Source: an uncultured Gammaproteobacteria bacterium (lineage in GTDB: Bacteria; Pseudomonadota; Gammaproteobacteria; Chromatiales; Chromatiaceae). Taken from it: a stretch of DNA of 56,759 bases. A model generated the notes under the pieces. It was not told the DNA's origin. It did not search any database and worked only from the letters and a program-made list of their open reading frames with translations. Positions 43,851 through 56,323 of the stretch are shown in pieces (the first letter of the stretch is position 1; every line of letters begins with the position of its first letter). The stretch is taken from the NCBI GenBank assembly GCA_964497145.1, contig CAZCDY010000006.1:1667-58425 (forward strand). The letters run 5' to 3'. A program made the translations under genes and the position numbers.

Positions 43851-45203
43851 ATGGCACGCAGGTATTTTGGAACGGACGGCATCAGAGGGCGTGTCGGTGA
43901 AGGCCACATCAACCCGGAGTTTGTCCTCAAGCTGGGCTGGGCTGCGGGCCGCGTCCTTGGCAACCAGCATGGAGAGGGTGGCAAGATACTGATCGGTAAG
44001 GACACCCGCATATCCGGCTATATGTTTGAGGCCGCGCTGGAGGCCGGCCTGGCGGCCGCCGGCGTGGACATTCGGCTGCTCGGGCCGATGCCTACGCCCG
44101 GGATCGCCTACCTTACCCGGACACTGCATGCGAATGCCGGTATCGTGATCAGTGCGTCGCACAATCCACATGAAGACAACGGCATCAAATTCTTCTCCGC
44201 CAGTGGGAACAAGCTGCCCGATGCGACCGAAGAGTTGATCGAGGCAGAGCTCGACAAACCGATGACCACGGTCAGTTCATCCCGTCTCGGCAAGGCCCAA
44301 CGCCTCGAGGATGCCCGCGGACGCTATATCGAGTTCTGCAAGAGCACGATACCGTCGAAGATGAATTTTCGCGGCATGAAGGTGGTCGTGGACTGTGCAC
44401 ATGGCGCGACCTACCATATCGCACCCGATGTATTGGACGAGATCGGTGCCGAGGTCATCACCATAGGGGCAGAGCCCAATGGCCTGAATATCAACGACGG
44501 GTTCGGTGCAACCAATACACGGGCCCTGGTCAGTTCGGTGCGGGTCAATGGCGCCGACCTGGGGGTTGCGCTCGATGGCGACGGTGATCGCGTGATCATG
44601 GTCGACAGCAACGGTGAGATCGTCGACGGTGACGAGATCCTGTATGTCATCGCTCGATCGCGTCTGTCGAATGGCGGCCTTGAGGGCAACATTGTCGGTA
44701 CCCACATGAGCAACCTTGGTCTGGAGGTAGCGCTGCGCGAGCTCGGGATTGGGTTCGAACGGGTTGCTGTCGGCGATCGCTATATCCTCGAGCGGCTGAC
44801 CGAAAAGGATTGGACGCTCGGCGGGGAGCCGTCCGGTCACATCATCTGCCGGGACCGGACAACTACCGGCGACGGCATCGTTTCGGCCTTGCAGGTGATG
44901 GCGGAGATGAACAAAACCGGCAAGAGCCTCAGCGAACTGAGGGGCGGCATGAGCAAGTTTCCGCAAGAGTTGATTAATGTCCCGCTCGGTACCGCGCAGG
45001 CTGCCAAAATCATGGTCTGTAAGTCGGTGATCGACGCGGTCCAGGAGATCGAGTCGGATATGGGGAGCGATGGCCGGGTTCTGCTGCGGCCGTCTGGTAC
45101 CGAGCCGCTGATCCGGGTGATGGTCGAGGGTCGTGAGGCCAATACTGTGGCAGCCAATGCCAATACGATTGCTGATGCGGTGCGCGCCCAGCTTACCGCT
45201 TGA
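43851..45203 (+). CDS. glmM: Phosphoglucosamine mutase
   Basis: [27 protein letters not shown]. Confidence 0.97.
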   Translation: MARRYFGTDGIRGRVGEGHINPEFVLKLGWAAGRVLGNQHGEGGKILIGKDTRISGYMFEAALEAGLAAAGVDIRLLGPMPTPGIAYLTRTLHANAGIVISASHNPHEDNGIKFFSASGNKLPDATEELIEAELDKPMTTVSSSRLGKAQRLEDARGRYIEFCKSTIPSKMNFRGMKVVVDCAHGATYHIAPDVLDEIGAEVITIGAEPNGLNINDGFGATNTRALVSSVRVNGADLGVALDGDGDRVIMVDSNGEIVDGDEILYVIARSRLSNGGLEGNIVGTHMSNLGLEVALRELGIGFERVAVGDRYILERLTEKDWTLGGEPSGHIICRDRTTTGDGIVSALQVMAEMNKTGKSLSELRGGMSKFPQELINVPLGTAQAAKIMVCKSVIDAVQEIESDMGSDGRVLLRPSGTEPLIRVMVEGREANTVAANANTIADAVRAQLTA

Positions 45204-45236
45204 TTTCGGTCATCGGTACGGCCGCGCTTCCCGGCA

Positions 45237-45265
45237 TTGATTTGACGGCGTTCCGCCGTTAAGCT
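45237..45265 (+). promoter_or_regulatory. Putative sigma70 promoter of tpiA-secG
   Basis: TTGATT-N17-TAAGCT, with an ACGGCG-TTC-CGCCGT palindrome in the spacer. Confidence 0.45.
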
Positions 45266-45294
45266 ACGCCGCCTGATTTCAAGGGGAGTGAGAG

Positions 45295-46050
45295 ATGCGT
45301 CAGCCGTTGGTGGCCGGTAACTGGAAAATGAATGGATCGCGAGCCAGCATCGCGGAGCTTCTGGCCGAGCTTAAGGCCGGTATCGGTCAGGTGACGACCG
45401 CGGAAGTGGCTGTTTGTGCACCCGCTATCTATCTCCCGGATACCCAGGCGCAGCTTGAGGGAACCCCGATCAAGTGGGGCGGCCAGGATGTCTCGGTGCA
45501 GCCATCGGGTGCCTACACAGGTGAGATTGCCGGCTCGATGTTGAGTGATTTCGGCTGTCACTACGTGATTATCGGTCACTCTGAGCGTCGTGCGTACCAC
45601 GGCGAGACCGACGAGGTGGTGGCGCAGAAGTTCGCTGCGGCACGCGCTGCCGGTCTGGTGCCGATCCTTTGTGTCGGCGAGACACTGGAAGAGCGCGAGC
45701 AGGGCGTGACCGAACAGGTCGTTGGCCGGCAGTTGGATGCTGTGATCGCCCATTGCGGAATCGATATGGTGGGAGAGGGCGTTGTCGCCTACGAGCCGGT
45801 CTGGGCTATCGGCACCGGCAAGACGGCGAGCAAGGAACAGGCGCAGGAGGTTCACGCATTCATTCGTGGCCGTCTGGCGGCGAGCAGTCAGCCGGTGGCT
45901 GAAGGTATGCGCATCCTGTACGGTGGCAGCATGAACCCGAAAAATGCAGCGGATCTGGTGGCTCAGCCGGATATCGACGGTGGTTTGATCGGCGGCGCCT
46001 CGCTGAAGGCGGAAGATTTTCTGGCGGTTTGCTCGGCGGCGAACCGTTGA
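45295..46050 (+). CDS. tpiA: Triosephosphate isomerase
   Basis: AGNWKMNG, GHSERR, AYEPVWAIGTG, YGGS, LIGGASL. Confidence 0.98.
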   Translation: MRQPLVAGNWKMNGSRASIAELLAELKAGIGQVTTAEVAVCAPAIYLPDTQAQLEGTPIKWGGQDVSVQPSGAYTGEIAGSMLSDFGCHYVIIGHSERRAYHGETDEVVAQKFAAARAAGLVPILCVGETLEEREQGVTEQVVGRQLDAVIAHCGIDMVGEGVVAYEPVWAIGTGKTASKEQAQEVHAFIRGRLAASSQPVAEGMRILYGGSMNPKNAADLVAQPDIDGGLIGGASLKAEDFLAVCSAANR

Positions 46051-46066
46051 TGATTGAGGTTTTGTG

Positions 46067-46453
46067 ATGCAATCCGTATTGGTTGTCGTGCACCTGTTTC
46101 TGGCCATCGGCCTGGTTGGATTGATCCTGATCCAGCATGGCAAGGGCGCAGATATGGGTGCCGCCTTTGGTTCCGGGGCCTCGGCGAGTGTGTTTGGCGC
46201 CCGTGGTGCCTCGAATTTTCTCAGTCGCACCACTGGGATACTGGCGGCGCTGTTTTTCGTGACCAGCCTGGCACTGGCCTACTTTGCGATGCAGAGCACT
46301 GAACCCGAGACCCTGATGCAAGGTGTGCAGCCTGCCGCCGTTGAGGTGGTAGAGCCCGAGGTGCCGGTCGTGGTCGATCTGCCGACAGTGCCTGAGGTGC
46401 CGGCCCCTGTCCCCGCCCCGGCGGCGGATGCCGTACCGCAGGTAACGGAGTAA
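46067..46453 (+). CDS. secG: Preprotein translocase subunit SecG
   Basis: LIQHGKGADMGAAFGSGAS, NFLSRTT; tpiA-secG-tRNA-Leu synteny. Confidence 0.95.
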   Translation: MQSVLVVVHLFLAIGLVGLILIQHGKGADMGAAFGSGASASVFGARGASNFLSRTTGILAALFFVTSLALAYFAMQSTEPETLMQGVQPAAVEVVEPEVPVVVDLPTVPEVPAPVPAPAADAVPQVTE

Positions 46454-46477
46454 GCTTCTGATTGGTTTAGAGTTAAA

Positions 46478-46562
46478 GCCGAAGTGGTGGAATTGGTAGA
46501 CACGCTATCTTGAGGGGGTAGTGGCGTAAGCCGTGCCGGTTCAAGTCCGGCCTTCGGCACCA
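46478..46562 (+). tRNA. tRNA-Leu(GAG)
   Basis: GCCGAAG/CTTCGGC acceptor stem plus ACCA, CTATC-TTGAGGG-GGTAG anticodon arm, long variable arm, GGTTCAAGTCC T-arm; 85 nt. Confidence 0.97.
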
Positions 46563-46566
46563 TACG

Positions 46567-46603
46567 AACGGTATCGCGACACCGTGCGCGATACCGTTTT
46601 TTT
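46567..46603 (+). terminator. Rho-independent terminator after tRNA-Leu
   Basis: AACGGTATCGCG-N8-CGCGATACCGTT followed by a T-run. Confidence 0.85.
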
Positions 46604-46662
46604 GTGATCGGTAAACGCAATAATTAGCGTTTAAAAACAAACAGATAGTTCCGCCGATTAAT

Positions 46663-46692
46663 TTGACACTGGTCGGTCCCGATCGCTATGCT
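46663..46692 (+). promoter_or_regulatory. Sigma70 promoter of the nuo operon
   Basis: TTGACA-N18-TATGCT with an AT-rich upstream region. Confidence 0.65.
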
Positions 46693-46760
46693 TTGTGCCC
46701 ACCCGAAAATCGGTCCTTGAGAAGACTGGGCGCGGGCTGCCGCCTGGGGGAGAGCATCGA

Positions 46761-47117
46761 ATGCTGGAAACTTACCTGCCTGTCCTGATATTCATTGTCA
46801 TTGGCGCCGTTGTGGGTGCGGCGATGATCGGTATGGGATTCGTGCTTGCCCCGAATCGGCCAGACAGCGAGAAGAACTCCCCTTACGAGTGCGGATTCGA
46901 GGCCTTCGAAGACTCGCGCATGAAGTTTGATGTTCGTTACTACCTGGTGGCGATCCTGTTTATCATCTTCGACCTGGAGATCGCCTTTCTTTTCCCCTGG
47001 GCCGTTGTGCTCGATCAAATCGGCATGGCCGGTTTCTGGGCCATGATGATCTTTCTCGGCATTCTTGTTGTCGGCTTTATCTACGAGTGGAAGAAGGGGG
47101 CCCTGGAATGGGAATAG
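46761..47117 (+). CDS. nuoA: NADH-quinone oxidoreductase subunit A
   Basis: [28 protein letters not shown]; ATG 46761 after GGAG. Confidence 0.96.
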   Translation: MLETYLPVLIFIVIGAVVGAAMIGMGFVLAPNRPDSEKNSPYECGFEAFEDSRMKFDVRYYLVAILFIIFDLEIAFLFPWAVVLDQIGMAGFWAMMIFLGILVVGFIYEWKKGALEWE

Positions 47118-47584
47118 AGGGCGTACTCGAAAAAGGATTCTTCACCACGTCGCTGGACGGAGTAATCAACTGGGCGCGCACAGGTTCGATGTGGCCCATG
47201 ACCTTCGGTCTTGCATGCTGCGCCGTGGAGATGATGCATGCGGCCGCCGCGCGCTACGATATCGACCGCTTCGGGATGGTCTTTCGACCCAGCCCGCGTC
47301 AGTCGGATGTGATGATTGTCGCCGGAACCCTGGTCAACAAAATGGCGCCGGCATTTCGCAAGGTCTACGATCAGATGGCCGAGCCCCGCTGGGTTATCTC
47401 AATGGGTTCCTGCGCCAACGGCGGTGGCTATTACCACTATTCTTACTCCGTGGTGCGCGGATGTGACCGCATCGTTCCGGTCGATGTATATGTCCCTGGA
47501 TGTCCACCCACGGCGGAGGCGTTGTTGTGGGGCATCCTGCAGTTGCAGAACAAGATACGACAGACAAACACAATAGCCCGTTAA
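47108..47584 (+). CDS. nuoB: NADH-quinone oxidoreductase subunit B
   Basis: [25 protein letters not shown]. Confidence 0.97.
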   Translation: MGIEGVLEKGFFTTSLDGVINWARTGSMWPMTFGLACCAVEMMHAAAARYDIDRFGMVFRPSPRQSDVMIVAGTLVNKMAPAFRKVYDQMAEPRWVISMGSCANGGGYYHYSYSVVRGCDRIVPVDVYVPGCPPTAEALLWGILQLQNKIRQTNTIAR

Positions 47585-47604
47585 TCCCTCTGGAACCGAT
47601 TTAG

Positions 47605-48309
47605 ATGAGCCCAGAAGATCGCCTGGATGAGCTTGAGGAGGCTCTCGAAGAGCACCTCGAGGACCTCGAAGACTGCCAATGGGAGCGCTCGCTTGGGCAG
47701 GTCACGCTGACTGTCTCACGTGAACAACTGATTCCGGTGATGAAGTTGCTGCGCGAAAAGCGCACGCTGGCATTTGAGCAGTGCATCGATGTCTGTGGCG
47801 TTGATTACGCGACTTACGGTGAATCCGAGTGGGTGACCAGCAACGCGGCCAATTCCGGTTTCGGGCGTGGTGCGAGCCGCGCACTGCCGGACATGGATCC
47901 GCAGAACCGCTTCGCGGTGGTCTACCATCTGCTGTCAGTGACCCACAATGTTCGTCTGAGGGTCAAGGCCTTCCTCGACGCGGATCAGCCCATCGTCGAT
48001 TCGGTAGTCGCTATCTGGACCAGCGCCAACTGGTTCGAGCGGGAGGCATTCGATCTGTTCGGCATCATGTTCAGGGGCCACCCCGATCTGCGCCGCATTC
48101 TTACTGACTATGGCTTCATCGGTCACCCCTTCCGCAAGGACTTTCCGCTCATCGGTCATGTCGAGATGCGTTACGACCCCGAACAGGGCCGCGTGATCTA
48201 CGAGCCGGTGAGTATAGAGCCGCGCACCCTGGTGCCGCGCGTCATCCGCGAAGACGGTCGCTACGAGTCCGGCTGGAAGCCGGAGCCTTCAACCGAGGAA
48301 GCGGAATAA
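47605..48309 (+). CDS. nuoC: NADH-quinone oxidoreductase subunit C
   Basis: [34 protein letters not shown]. Confidence 0.96.
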   Translation: MSPEDRLDELEEALEEHLEDLEDCQWERSLGQVTLTVSREQLIPVMKLLREKRTLAFEQCIDVCGVDYATYGESEWVTSNAANSGFGRGASRALPDMDPQNRFAVVYHLLSVTHNVRLRVKAFLDADQPIVDSVVAIWTSANWFEREAFDLFGIMFRGHPDLRRILTDYGFIGHPFRKDFPLIGHVEMRYDPEQGRVIYEPVSIEPRTLVPRVIREDGRYESGWKPEPSTEEAE

Positions 48310-48313
48310 GCCG

Positions 48314-49567
48314 ATGGCGGAAATCAGAAACTACACGCTGAACTTTGGTCCCCAGCACCCGGCCGCGCACGGTGTGCTGCGTCTGGTGCTGGAAATGGAC
48401 GGTGAGGTGATCGAACGCGCCGACCCGCATATCGGCCTGTTGCACCGTGCCACCGAGAAACTGGCCGAGAGCAAGCCCTACAATCAGTCGATCGGGTACA
48501 TGGACCGGCTGGATTATGTCTCGATGATGTGTAGCGAGCACGCCTACGTGCGTGCAATCGAGCAGCTGCTCGGGATCGAGGCGCCGGAGCGGGCGCAGTA
48601 CATCCGCACCATGTTCGACGAGATAACGCGCATCCTCAATCACCTGATGTGGCTGGGTACGCACGCGCTAGACGTCGGCGCCATGACCATGTTCCTTTAC
48701 TGCTTCCGCGAGCGCGAAGATCTTATGGATTGCTACGAGGCGGTCTCTGGTGCGCGCATGCACGCAACCTATTACCGTCCGGGCGGTGTATATCGTGACC
48801 TGCCTGACCAGATGCCGCAGTACGATACCGAGCAGTTTGGTAGTTCCGCCGAGGGCGAAAGGCGCAATGCTGCACGCCAGGGTTCTTTGTTGGACTTCAT
48901 CGAGGATTTCATCGACCGTTTCCCGGGATTGGTGGACGAGTACGAGACTCTGCTGACGGATAACCGTATCTGGAAACAGCGCACCGTCGGCATCGGCGTA
49001 GTGACACCCGAGCGTGCGCTGCAGATGGGCTTCACGGGTGCGATGCTGCGCGGTTCCGGTATTGCCTGGGATCTGCGCAAGAAGCAGCCTTATGCGATGT
49101 ACGACAAGGTGGATTTTGATATCCCGATCGGTACCAACGGCGATTGCTATGATCGCTACCTGGTGCGCGTTGAAGAATTCCGCCAATCGGCACGGATCAT
49201 CAAGCAATGTATTCAATGGCTGCGCTCGAACCCCGGCCCGGTGATGCTGGGTGATCACAAGGTGGCGCCGCCCAAACGCGCCGATATGAAGGACGACATG
49301 GAGGCGTTGATCCATCACTTCAAGCTGTTTACCGAGGGTTACTGTACGCCCCCCGGCGAGGTGTATGCGGCAGTAGAGGCCCCGAAGGGCGAATTCGGTT
49401 GCTATATCGTGTCGGATGGCGCGAACAAGCCTTACCGTCTGAAGATTCGGGCGCCGGGCTTCGCACACATGGCGGCAATGGACGAGATGACACGTGGTCA
49501 CATGCTGGCCGATGTGGTGGCGGTTATCGGCACCATGGACATCGTATTCGGAGAGGTTGATCGATGA
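48314..49567 (+). CDS. nuoD: NADH-quinone oxidoreductase subunit D
   Basis: [35 protein letters not shown]. Confidence 0.97.
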   Translation: MAEIRNYTLNFGPQHPAAHGVLRLVLEMDGEVIERADPHIGLLHRATEKLAESKPYNQSIGYMDRLDYVSMMCSEHAYVRAIEQLLGIEAPERAQYIRTMFDEITRILNHLMWLGTHALDVGAMTMFLYCFREREDLMDCYEAVSGARMHATYYRPGGVYRDLPDQMPQYDTEQFGSSAEGERRNAARQGSLLDFIEDFIDRFPGLVDEYETLLTDNRIWKQRTVGIGVVTPERALQMGFTGAMLRGSGIAWDLRKKQPYAMYDKVDFDIPIGTNGDCYDRYLVRVEEFRQSARIIKQCIQWLRSNPGPVMLGDHKVAPPKRADMKDDMEALIHHFKLFTEGYCTPPGEVYAAVEAPKGEFGCYIVSDGANKPYRLKIRAPGFAHMAAMDEMTRGHMLADVVAVIGTMDIVFGEVDR

Positions 49568-50094
49568 GCATGCGCAGTGAACCGATGATGCGCGTCAACA
49601 AGTGCGAGGATAAGGAATCTCTGTTCACGCCCGAGGTCCGCGAGCAGATCGATACCTGGATCGCCAAATATCCGGATGGCTGGCAACAGTCGGCTTGTAT
49701 GGCCGCGCTGATGTTTGTGCAGGATATGAACGGCGGTCACCTCACCACGGAGCTCATGGAGCAGGTGGCTGATTATCTCGATATGCCGGCGATCGCGGTA
49801 TATGAGGTTGCCAGCTTTTACTCCATGTACGAGCACAAGCCGGTTGGCCGACACAAGATCTGCCTGTGCACCAACGTATCGTGCATGATCAACGGCTCCG
49901 ACAATATCCTCGAGCACCTGAGTAACCGCCTTGGGATCGGCTTCGGCCAGATCACCGGTGACGGCAAGTTCAGCCTGAAAGAGGTCGAGTGCCTGGGCGC
50001 CTGCGGCGGTGCACCGATGATGCAGATCGGGCATACCTATTACGAGAACCTGACGCCCGAACTGGTCGATCAGATTCTGGATGGTCTGGAGTAA
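49564..50094 (+). CDS. nuoE: NADH-quinone oxidoreductase subunit E
   Basis: CTNVSC and ECLGAC 2Fe-2S ligands. Confidence 0.95.
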   Translation: MSMRSEPMMRVNKCEDKESLFTPEVREQIDTWIAKYPDGWQQSACMAALMFVQDMNGGHLTTELMEQVADYLDMPAIAVYEVASFYSMYEHKPVGRHKICLCTNVSCMINGSDNILEHLSNRLGIGFGQITGDGKFSLKEVECLGACGGAPMMQIGHTYYENLTPELVDQILDGLE

Positions 50095-50098
50095 GGCG

Positions 50099-51364
50099 AT
50101 GACGAACGAAGTTTGCTTCCGGACACTGCATAAGGACCGTCCCTGGCGGCTGGAGACCTACCAGTCCGAGGGCGGTTACGAGGCACTCAAGAATATCCTC
50201 AGCGAGAAGATCGAACAGGAAGAGATCATCGATGCGGTCAAAAAGTCCGGGCTGCGCGGACGCGGCGGTGCGGGCTTTCCCACGGGGCTCAAGTGGAGTT
50301 TTATCAATCGCACCGCGCCGGGCGACAAGTACGTCGTGTGCAATTCCGACGAGGGAGAGCCCGGCACCTTCAAGGATCGTGACATCCTTCGCTACAATCC
50401 GCATGCCCTTATCGAGGGCATGATTATCTGCGGTTACGCGATTGGCGGTGTTGCTGGCTACAACTACATCCGAGGTGAGTTCTGGGAACCCTACGAGCGC
50501 TTTGAGGCGGCCCTTGTCGAGGCCCGCGAGGCTGGTCTGCTGGGTGAAAATATTCTCGGTTCCGGTTTCGATTTTGATATCCACTCCCATCTCGGTGGCG
50601 GTGCCTATATCTGCGGTGAGGAGACCGCCCTCCTGGAATCGCTGGAGGGTAAGAAGGGGCAGCCACGCTTCAAGCCGCCTTTCCCGGCGATGTTTGGGCT
50701 GTATGGTCGCCCCACGGTCATCAATAACACCGAGTCCCTGGCATCTATACCCGACATTATCCGTCAGGGTGCCGACTGGTTCCGCGAGATCGGCGTGCCC
50801 AACAGCGGTGGCCCCAAGCTGTTTTCCGTATCCGGCAATGTTGCCCGTCCCGGCAACTATGAAGTACCGATGGGCATGCCGTTTGCTGAGTTACTGGAGA
50901 TGGCCGGTGGTATGCGCGACGGTCGTGCCTGCAAGGCAGTCATCCCCGGCGGCTCATCCGCACCGGTTTTGCCAGGCGATGTCATGATGGATCTGACCAT
51001 GGACTACGACAGTATCGCTCAGGCCGGTTCGATGCTGGGTTCCGGCGCGGTCATCGTGATGGACGATACCAATTGCATGGTCAAGGTCCTGGATCGAATC
51101 TCTTACTTTTATTTTGAAGAGTCCTGCGGCCAATGTACCCCATGCCGGGAAGGCACCGGTTGGATGCACCGGGTGGTGCATCGGATAGAGGCGGGCAAAG
51201 GTCGCTCGGAAGACCTGGATCTGCTGGATGACGTCGCCAAGAAGATCATGGGGCGCACAATCTGCGCGCTGGGCGATGCCGCTGCCTTGCCGGTGGCCGG
51301 ATTCATCAAGCACTTCCGTGACGAGTTCCAGTATCACATCGACCACAAGAAGTGCATGGTGTGA
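50099..51364 (+). CDS. nuoF: NADH-quinone oxidoreductase subunit F
   Basis: [35 protein letters not shown]. Confidence 0.97.
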   Translation: MTNEVCFRTLHKDRPWRLETYQSEGGYEALKNILSEKIEQEEIIDAVKKSGLRGRGGAGFPTGLKWSFINRTAPGDKYVVCNSDEGEPGTFKDRDILRYNPHALIEGMIICGYAIGGVAGYNYIRGEFWEPYERFEAALVEAREAGLLGENILGSGFDFDIHSHLGGGAYICGEETALLESLEGKKGQPRFKPPFPAMFGLYGRPTVINNTESLASIPDIIRQGADWFREIGVPNSGGPKLFSVSGNVARPGNYEVPMGMPFAELLEMAGGMRDGRACKAVIPGGSSAPVLPGDVMMDLTMDYDSIAQAGSMLGSGAVIVMDDTNCMVKVLDRISYFYFEESCGQCTPCREGTGWMHRVVHRIEAGKGRSEDLDLLDDVAKKIMGRTICALGDAAALPVAGFIKHFRDEFQYHIDHKKCMV

Positions 51365-51369
51365 AAAGC

Positions 51370-51469
51370 GGACGCAGAGAGCGCCGAGAATTTGTTATGA
51401 AGGATCGTGTGGACGCGATAAAGCGAGGATTTCAATGCGAACCCTTTGCTCCTTGCGTCCTCGGCGTCC
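51370..51469. repeat. Imperfect inverted repeat built from 9-nt tandem units in the nuoF-nuoG spacer
   Basis: Left arm GGACGCAGAG-AGCGCCGAG; right arm (reverse complement) GGACGCCGAG-GACGCAAGG-AGCAAAG. Confidence 0.6.
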
Positions 51470-51491
51470 ATTAACTGAATCGAATTAGGCC

Positions 51492-53834
51492 ATGGCAGAA
51501 GATCAAACCATCACCATAGAAGTCGACGGTCGGCAACTGGAGGCACAACCCGGTCAGATGCTGATCGAAGTGACCGATGCAGCCGGTATCAACGTGCCGC
51601 GCTTCTGTTATCACAAGCATCTGTCGGTGGCAGCCAATTGCCGTATGTGCCTGGTTGAGGTGGAGAAGGCACCCAAGCCGCTGCCTGCCTGTGCCACTCC
51701 GGTCATGGACGGGATGAAGGTTTACACGCGCTCGCCCCTGGCGCGCGAGGCCCAAAAGGGGACGATGGAGTTCCTTCTGATCAATCACCCGCTGGATTGC
51801 CCGATCTGTGATCAGGGCGGCGAGTGCGAGCTGCAGGACGTCGCCATGGGTTATGGTGGTGATGTTTCGCGCTACAGCGAACGCAAGCGTGTGGTACGCG
51901 ACGAGGACATCGGTGCCTTGATCGCAACCGATATGACACGCTGTATCCACTGCACCCGATGCGTGCGGTTTGGTGGCGAGGTTGCCGGTTTGCGCGAACT
52001 CGGTGCCACCGGCCGGGGTGAGCACATGCGTATCGGTCTCTATATCGAGAACAGCATTGGTTCGGAGTTGTCCGGAAATGTGATAGACCTCTGTCCCGTC
52101 GGTGCGCTTACCTCGAAGCCGGCGCGTTACAATGCGCGCGCCTGGGAACTGACCGAGCACGATGGGGTCGCTCCGCACGATGCGGTCGGCAGCAACCTGC
52201 GTATGCACGTTCGTGGCAATAAACTGATGCGTGTGGTGCCGTGCGAGAATGAGGCGGTGAATCAGACCTGGATCTCGGATCGAGATCGCTTCAGTTATCA
52301 GGGCCTGTACAGCAACGATCGCCTGCTGCGCCCGATGCTGCGTGAGAATGGCAAACTGCGCGAGACCGACTGGCAGCAGGCCTTGCAGGCCGCCGCCAAG
52401 GCACTGAAGGACACTGAAGCCGAGCGTATCGGTGCACTGATCTCACCCAGTGCGACCCTGGAAGAACACTACCTGACCGCGCAGTTGGTGCGTGGATTGG
52501 GCAGCGCCAATATCGATCATCGTCTGCGTCAGAGCGATTTTCGTGGCGACAGTGGCGATCCGGTACTGCCCTGGCTGGGGCAGAAGGTGGCTGATCTCGC
52601 CACCAATGAGGCGACGTTGCTGGTGGGGTCCTGGATGCGCAAGGATCAGCCCATGCTCAACCATCGGGTGCGCCAGTCGTGCATCAACGGTGGCCAGGTC
52701 ATGGCGATCAATCCGGTGGCCTACGATTTCAACTACGAACTGGATGTTGACATTGTCTGCGTCCCGTCTGCGATGAGCGTCGAACTGGCCGGTGTGGCGC
52801 AGGCGCTAGGAGCCGATACCCTGGGCGTTCGCGTTGAACCCGACCAGGCGCATCGTGTGATTGCCGAGGCACTCAAGGGTGCAGCAGGGCAGGGCGCTGT
52901 GCTGCTGGGCACCGCGGCGATCATGCATCCGGACTTTTCGATTCTGCGTGCACTGGCCGCGGGGATTTCCGCGGCGGCGGGCGTGAGGCTCGGCTTTGTG
53001 GGCAGCGGTAGCAATGACTGCGGCGCCTGGATGGCGGGAGCAGTCCCGCACCGGCTCGCCGGGGGCGCCACAGCTGAAACGGTCGGCCTGGATGCCCGCG
53101 CCATGCTGGAGCAGCCGCGTGACCTTTATCTGACAGTGGGTATCGAGCCCGAGATGGACGTGGCCGATCCCGCGCTGACGGCCGCTGCCCTGGAGTCGGC
53201 CAAGGTGGTGGCCTTGAGCAGCTACCTGACACCCTGGCTGGAGGCACACGCGGATATCCTGTTGCCTACAGCAGGCTATGCCGAGACTTCAGGCACCTTG
53301 GTCAATGTTGAAGGTGTGGCGCAGAGCTTCCAGGGCGTCGCCGCACCAGCGGGCGAGGCCCGGCCGGGTTGGAAGGTGCTACGCGTGCTCGGCAATCTGG
53401 TCGATCTCGAGGGTTTCGAATTCGTCGGCTCGAACGAGGTGCGCGACGAGGTGCTGGCAGCATGCGCCGACCAGCGGCCCGACAATGCCGTGGGTACCCT
53501 GGGCCGGCAAACTCCACAGACCGAGTCGGCTGCCTGGGAGCGTATCGGCGGGGTGCCGATTTATTCCGTCGACGCGCTGTCACGGCGTGCGCATGCACTG
53601 CAACTTACGCCCGACGCCTGGGGCGCGTCACTGCGAATGAACACCGGCGCGGCCCAAGAGCTGGGTGTTGGTGATTCCGCATCCGTTCGAATCACACAGG
53701 GGGGCGGCAGCGCCGAGTTTGCTGTTTGTGTCGACGATTCGGTCCCTGACGGCTGTATCTGGCTACCGACTGCGGTGCCTGGCTCTGAAGCGCTGGGACT
53801 CGGGTTCGGTCCCGTCTCCGTGGAGAAGGTGTAA
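51492..53834 (+). CDS. nuoG: NADH-quinone oxidoreductase subunit G
   Basis: [40 protein letters not shown]. Confidence 0.97.
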   Translation: MAEDQTITIEVDGRQLEAQPGQMLIEVTDAAGINVPRFCYHKHLSVAANCRMCLVEVEKAPKPLPACATPVMDGMKVYTRSPLAREAQKGTMEFLLINHPLDCPICDQGGECELQDVAMGYGGDVSRYSERKRVVRDEDIGALIATDMTRCIHCTRCVRFGGEVAGLRELGATGRGEHMRIGLYIENSIGSELSGNVIDLCPVGALTSKPARYNARAWELTEHDGVAPHDAVGSNLRMHVRGNKLMRVVPCENEAVNQTWISDRDRFSYQGLYSNDRLLRPMLRENGKLRETDWQQALQAAAKALKDTEAERIGALISPSATLEEHYLTAQLVRGLGSANIDHRLRQSDFRGDSGDPVLPWLGQKVADLATNEATLLVGSWMRKDQPMLNHRVRQSCINGGQVMAINPVAYDFNYELDVDIVCVPSAMSVELAGVAQALGADTLGVRVEPDQAHRVIAEALKGAAGQGAVLLGTAAIMHPDFSILRALAAGISAAAGVRLGFVGSGSNDCGAWMAGAVPHRLAGGATAETVGLDARAMLEQPRDLYLTVGIEPEMDVADPALTAAALESAKVVALSSYLTPWLEAHADILLPTAGYAETSGTLVNVEGVAQSFQGVAAPAGEARPGWKVLRVLGNLVDLEGFEFVGSNEVRDEVLAACADQRPDNAVGTLGRQTPQTESAAWERIGGVPIYSVDALSRRAHALQLTPDAWGASLRMNTGAAQELGVGDSASVRITQGGGSAEFAVCVDDSVPDGCIWLPTAVPGSEALGLGFGPVSVEKV

Positions 53835-53836
53835 CG

Positions 53837-54892
53837 ATGGATACACTGATTGAACTGTGGATGGCTATACCGGTCGTGATCCAGATCGTTATCAAGATAA
53901 TGGTCATCATGTTGCCGCTGATGGGGCTGGTGGCCTATTACACCCTCGCCGAGCGCAAGATCATCGGTTACATGCAGGTACGGGTGGGCCCGAACCGGGT
54001 CGGGTTCTTCGGCAAACGCCTGTGGGGGCTGGGTCAGCCGATCGCGGATGCGGTCAAGCTGATGTTCAAGGAGATCATCCTGCCGTCCGGCGCCAACAAG
54101 CTGCTGTTCCTGATAGCACCCATGCTCTCGATTGGTCCGGCACTGGCTGCCTGGGCGGTATTCCCGTTTGATGCAGGCCTGGTGCTGGCTGACGTCAACG
54201 CGGGTCTGCTTTACATCCTCGCCATGACCTCTCTGGGTGTGTACGGCGTCATCATCGCCGGCTGGGCATCCAATTCGAAGTATGCCTTCCTGGGTGCAAT
54301 ACGTTCGGCGGCACAGATCGTCTCTTATGAGATCGCCATGGGTTTTGCCCTGGTCGGTGTGCTGGTGGCTGCGGGCAGCCTGAACCTGGGAGATATCGTT
54401 GCTGCGCAACAGGGCAGCCTGCTGCACTGGTTTTGGTTGCCGTTGTTGCCGCTGTTCCTAATCTATTTCATATCCGGGGTGGCCGAGACCAACCGTGCCC
54501 CCTTCGATGTGGCCGAAGGCGAATCCGAGATCGTGGCCGGTTTCCACGTTGAATACTCGGGAATGACCTTTGCCGTGTTCTTCCTCGCGGAATACGCCAA
54601 CATGATCCTGATCTCGGGGCTGAGCGCCCTGATGTTCCTGGGCGGCTGGCTATCTCCTTTCCCGGCCAGTTGGGTGGACGGCGTATTCCTGTTCGGCGAC
54701 GGTTTCCACTGGTTGCTGATCAAGACCTTCTTCTTCATGTTCCTGTTCCTTTGGTTCCGCGCGACATTCCCGCGGTACCGCTATGACCAGATTATGCGCC
54801 TGGGCTGGAAGGTGTTCATTCCGATCACGATTGTCTGGATCGTGGTAGTCGCGGTCATGAAGGTGACCGGGATGCCCTGGTGGTTTAACTGA
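53837..54892 (+). CDS. nuoH: NADH-quinone oxidoreductase subunit H
   Basis: [33 protein letters not shown]. Confidence 0.97.
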   Translation: MDTLIELWMAIPVVIQIVIKIMVIMLPLMGLVAYYTLAERKIIGYMQVRVGPNRVGFFGKRLWGLGQPIADAVKLMFKEIILPSGANKLLFLIAPMLSIGPALAAWAVFPFDAGLVLADVNAGLLYILAMTSLGVYGVIIAGWASNSKYAFLGAIRSAAQIVSYEIAMGFALVGVLVAAGSLNLGDIVAAQQGSLLHWFWLPLLPLFLIYFISGVAETNRAPFDVAEGESEIVAGFHVEYSGMTFAVFFLAEYANMILISGLSALMFLGGWLSPFPASWVDGVFLFGDGFHWLLIKTFFFMFLFLWFRATFPRYRYDQIMRLGWKVFIPITIVWIVVVAVMKVTGMPWWFN

Positions 54893-54903
54893 GGCCCGGT
54901 GCG

Positions 54904-55392
54904 ATGAAGACCATAACGAATTACATCCGCAGCCTATTTCTGTTTGAACTGCTCAAGGGCTTGAGCGTAACCGGCGGCTATTTCTTCAAGCGCAAGTTCA
55001 CGCTGATGTATCCGGAGCAGAAGGCGCCGGTATCGCCACGCTTTCGCGGTCTGCATGCGCTGCGCCGTTATCCGAATGGTGAAGAGCGCTGCATCGCCTG
55101 CAAGCTCTGCGAGGCGGTCTGTCCGGCGCTGGCAATTACCATCGAGGCCGAGCCGCGTGATGACGGTTCCCGACGGACGACGCGTTACGACATCGACCTT
55201 TTCAAGTGCATCTACTGCGGATTCTGTGAAGAGTCCTGCCCGGTGGACTCGATCGTCGAGACGCGGGTCTACGAATACCACTTTGAGAACCGTGGTGAGC
55301 AGATCATGACCAAGCAAAAGCTGCTCGAAATCGGTGACAAGTACGAACAACAGCTGGCGGCCGACCGGGCTGCGCAGGCCAATGTGCGCTAA
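54904..55392 (+). CDS. nuoI: NADH-quinone oxidoreductase subunit I
   Basis: [12 protein letters not shown] and [12 protein letters not shown] 4Fe-4S motifs. Confidence 0.97.
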   Translation: MKTITNYIRSLFLFELLKGLSVTGGYFFKRKFTLMYPEQKAPVSPRFRGLHALRRYPNGEERCIACKLCEAVCPALAITIEAEPRDDGSRRTTRYDIDLFKCIYCGFCEESCPVDSIVETRVYEYHFENRGEQIMTKQKLLEIGDKYEQQLAADRAAQANVR

Positions 55393-55410
55393 CCCCGGGA
55401 GCAGGTAAGG

Positions 55411-56016
55411 ATGAGCTTCGAAAAATTTCTATTTTACGTTTTTGCCACCTTCCTCGTGGTCTCCGCGGTGATGGTCATTACGCGCAAGAATCCGGTGCAT
55501 TCGGCGCTGTTTCTGGTTCTGGCATTTTTCAACAGCGCCGGGTTGTGGATGCTGGCCGAGGCTGAATTTCTGGCGATTGCGCTGGTCCTCGTTTATGTCG
55601 GTGCGGTCATGGTCCTGTTCCTGTTCGTGGTCATGATGCTCGACATCAACGTCGCCGAACTGCGTGCCGGTTTCGTGCGCAATGCGCCGGTCGCGATTGC
55701 GGTGGCGGTCGTCATGGTGGTCGAGTTGGTGATGGTGGTCGGGCCTCAGCGCTTTGGACTCGATTCGGTCGCCTCTCCGGCAGCGAAGTCTGCCGAGTAC
55801 AGCAATACCGAGGAACTCGGTCTGGCACTGTTTACCCAGCACCTGTATGCGTTCGAGATTGCCGCCGTGATTCTGTTGGTTGGAATCGTTGCAGCCATCG
55901 GCCTGACGATGCGCAAGCGTCCGGAGAGCAAGTACCAGGATCCGGCAAGTCAGATTGCTGTCAAGGCGACGGATCGTCTGCGTGTGATCAAAATGGATGC
56001 GGAGGAGAAGGCCTGA
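55411..56016 (+). CDS. nuoJ: NADH-quinone oxidoreductase subunit J
   Basis: [24 protein letters not shown]. Confidence 0.96.
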   Translation: MSFEKFLFYVFATFLVVSAVMVITRKNPVHSALFLVLAFFNSAGLWMLAEAEFLAIALVLVYVGAVMVLFLFVVMMLDINVAELRAGFVRNAPVAIAVAVVMVVELVMVVGPQRFGLDSVASPAAKSAEYSNTEELGLALFTQHLYAFEIAAVILLVGIVAAIGLTMRKRPESKYQDPASQIAVKATDRLRVIKMDAEEKA

Positions 56017-56321
56017 TGATTGCTTTGTCAGACTACCTGATGGTTGGCGCCATCCTGTTTTCACTCAGCGTGGCCGGGATCTTCCTCAACCGAAAGAACG
56101 TGATTCTGCTCCTGATGTGTATCGAGCTGATGCTGCTGGCTGTGAATATCAACTTTATCGCCTTCTCGCATTTTCTTGGTGACACGGCGGGGCAGGTTTT
56201 CGTTTTCTTCATTCTTACCGTGGCGGCGGCCGAAGCCGCGATCGGTCTGGCGATTCTGGTCGTACTGTTCCGTAGCAAGCAGACGATCAATGTTGCCGAT
56301 CTGGACACCTTAAAGGGCTAG
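56016..56321 (+). CDS. nuoK: NADH-quinone oxidoreductase subunit K
   Basis: [20 protein letters not shown]. Confidence 0.96.
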   Translation: MIALSDYLMVGAILFSLSVAGIFLNRKNVILLLMCIELMLLAVNINFIAFSHFLGDTAGQVFVFFILTVAAAEAAIGLAILVVLFRSKQTINVADLDTLKG

Positions 56322-56323
56322 AG

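Noticed and set aside
46478-46760. tRNA-Leu as an integration site for an island
   Set aside because: It is followed directly by a terminator, promoter and nuoA; no integrase or duplicated tRNA 3' end was seen.
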